DNA of 15,712 nucleotides from a virus (Duplodnaviria; Heunggongvirae; Uroviricota; Caudoviricetes): IMG/VR virus record IMGVR_UViG_2700989173_000009; one strand, 5' to 3'. Shown piece by piece: positions 14,252 to 15,712 of this stretch (position 1 is its first letter; each line of letters starts with the position of its first letter). The notes under the pieces were generated by a model. It saw only the letters and a program-made list of their open reading frames with translations, ran no database searches and was not told where the DNA came from. The position numbers and the translations under genes were made by a program.

Positions 14252-15712
14252 TTATTCATCTTTCGGCGCAGAATGCTGGCGACCAAAAATCACCTCCATC
14301 CGCGCACCGCCCAGCATGCTCTCTCCGGCGACGATTTTACCCTCATATTGCTCGGTGATTTCGCGGGCTACCGCCAGCCCTACACCTTGCCCAGGGCGTA
14401 AAGTATCAACCCGTTGACCACGGTCGAAAATGACCTCTCGCTTGCTTAATGGAATACCGGGGCCATCATCCTCGACCACAATATAGAGATGCTCGTCGGT
14501 TTGCCTTGCAGAAATTTCGACAAACTCGAGGCAATATTTACAGGCATTATCCAGCACGTTGCCCATCACCTCGACAAAATCGTTCTGCTCACCGACAAAG
14601 CTGATCTCTGGCGAAATATCGAGAGAGATATTGACCCCTTTGCGTTGATACACTTTGTTCAGCGCTGAGGTGAGATTGTCCAGCAGTGGGGCGACCGGAT
14701 GCAGCTCGCGGCTGAGCAATGTCCCGCCGCGCATACTGGCACGATGCAGGTAGTAGCCAATTTGCTGTGAAATGCGGCTGATTTGCTCCAGCATTACCGG
14801 CTCAGCATCACTGACGCTCATCTTTTCACTACGCAGAGAACGCAGCGTACTTTGCAGCACCGCCAGTGGCGTTTTCAGACTATGGGTCAGGTCGGTGAGC
14901 GTCGTACGGTATTTGTCGTAACGTTCGCGTTCACTTTTTAACAATCGGTTCAGGTTTCGTACCAGACTGGTCAGTTCTCGCGTTGTGGCTGGATTGAGCA
15001 ATTCGCGGTTATGTTCTTCCAGTTCGCGGACTTCTTTTGCCAGGGCTTCGATGGGGCGTAAACTCCACCAGGCGGCGACCCACAGCAGCGGGATCACTAA
15101 CAGCAGATTGGCTGAGAGCACATAGATAAACCAGCTCCAGACCATATAGGAACTTTTTAGCTCCACCGGAATGGTATCCACCACCACAATGGTTAATTTT
15201 GGCATCCGCGATGTTGCCGGGTAGACGTTTACCGCCACCGAGTGGGTCATCTCCGCGTCGTCATCATCTTCCCGCACTTCCTGCAACTGTTGCTGTATCG
15301 AATGATCTCCACTCAGCAAGAGGCTGGTATCGTTAACATCCGCTTCAATTTCATGAAAACCATTCGATTTCAGCCAGTCAGGCTGGATCATTTTCATCAG
15401 CCAGGGCACGTCACGTTGCGCCCATAAAAGCTGCCCGTTCTCATCATAAATTAGCGTCATGGTGGGGCTTTGCTTGTCGATATTTTCGGGTAACTCGACA
15501 TGCAACTTATTGTTTTCCCACTGCGCAAGGGTATAGAACAGATTGCTCTCGCCACGTAACAGCCGAAACGTAGTTTTATCGAAACTGACGCTATAACCGA
15601 TCAGCGCGACCATTCCGTAGGCAAGCGAAAGCACCAGTACTACCGCTGCCGTTGCCAACAGAAAACGTACCCGCAGCGAGAGCGGGAAAAAAAGACGCAG
15701 TAATTTTTTCAT
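14252..15712 (-). CDS. phoQ: Sensor histidine kinase PhoQ of the PhoP/PhoQ two-component system, 486 aa, complete
   Basis: Translation has two transmembrane segments around a periplasmic sensor domain with the acidic patch ([13 protein letters not shown]), a HAMP region, the H-box ([18 protein letters not shown]) and HATPase motifs (Dx[12 protein letters not shown]). It matches enterobacterial PhoQ as I recall it. The window ends at its start codon; phoP would lie beyond 15712. Confidence 0.95.
   Translation of the reverse strand: MKKLLRLFFPLSLRVRFLLATAAVVLVLSLAYGMVALIGYSVSFDKTTFRLLRGESNLFYTLAQWENNKLHVELPENIDKQSPTMTLIYDENGQLLWAQRDVPWLMKMIQPDWLKSNGFHEIEADVNDTSLLLSGDHSIQQQLQEVREDDDDAEMTHSVAVNVYPATSRMPKLTIVVVDTIPVELKSSYMVWSWFIYVLSANLLLVIPLLWVAAWWSLRPIEALAKEVRELEEHNRELLNPATTRELTSLVRNLNRLLKSERERYDKYRTTLTDLTHSLKTPLAVLQSTLRSLRSEKMSVSDAEPVMLEQISRISQQIGYYLHRASMRGGTLLSRELHPVAPLLDNLTSALNKVYQRKGVNISLDISPEISFVGEQNDFVEVMGNVLDNACKYCLEFVEISARQTDEHLYIVVEDDGPGIPLSKREVIFDRGQRVDTLRPGQGVGLAVAREITEQYEGKIVAGESMLGGARMEVIFGRQHSAPKDE

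Noticed and set aside
14235-15427. Short plus-strand ORFs (14235-14417, 15242-15427) opposite phoQ
   Set aside because: Antisense to the complete phoQ gene; no RBS.
1-15712. tRNA or tmRNA gene as integration target
   Set aside because: I scanned for T-arm/CCA-like ends (GGTTCGAnTCC-type) and found none outside coding sequence, so any tRNA target would have to lie upstream of base 1.
1-15712. CRISPR array, insertion sequence or transposase
   Set aside because: No regularly spaced 25-40-bp repeats with unique spacers and no transposase-like ORF or terminal inverted repeats; the short periodic repeats found are 10-bp phased binding-site-like arrays.

Overview
No database search was run; every family call below rests on motifs I can read directly in the translations. 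The window is an Escherichia-type chromosomal segment holding an integrated phage satellite of about 13.5-14 kb next to phoQ (14252-15712, minus strand). The satellite is almost entirely plus-strand and laid out like a capsid-forming phage-inducible chromosomal island (cf-PICI-like): a P4-family tyrosine integrase (1-1230), an AlpA-family regulator (1605-1793), then a sigma70-like promoter (2470-2499) driving tightly packed small ORFs that end in a primase/helicase replication protein (3767-5515). An iteron-rich origin follows (5529-5766), then three more small ORFs and a strong terminator (6578-6610). The head and packaging module comes last: HK97-fold major capsid (6859-8016), prohead protease, portal, head-tail adaptor, connector, HNH endonuclease, a P27-type small terminase (broken by a 50-nt N gap) and large terminase (11499-13160). 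There are no tail, lysis or repressor genes. The most notable points are: (1) the capsid gene carries a single in-frame TGA at 7684-7686, so it is either inactivated or needs readthrough; (2) a family of TTGTT(C/G) repeats phased exactly 10 bp apart occurs in three places (after int, upstream of the capsid gene, and near the phoQ 3' end); (3) a hairpin plus T7 tract abuts the capsid start codon and sequesters its Shine-Dalgarno; (4) an ~800-bp non-coding stretch between the last satellite ORF and phoQ holds a 4 x GTGACA array at 10-bp phasing, palindromes and a terminator; (5) a divergent control region lies between alpA and the replication operon; (6) about ten small ORFs of unknown function flank the replication gene and are the most likely place for an undescribed accessory system. 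Start codons of small ORFs and the exact satellite boundaries are uncertain.
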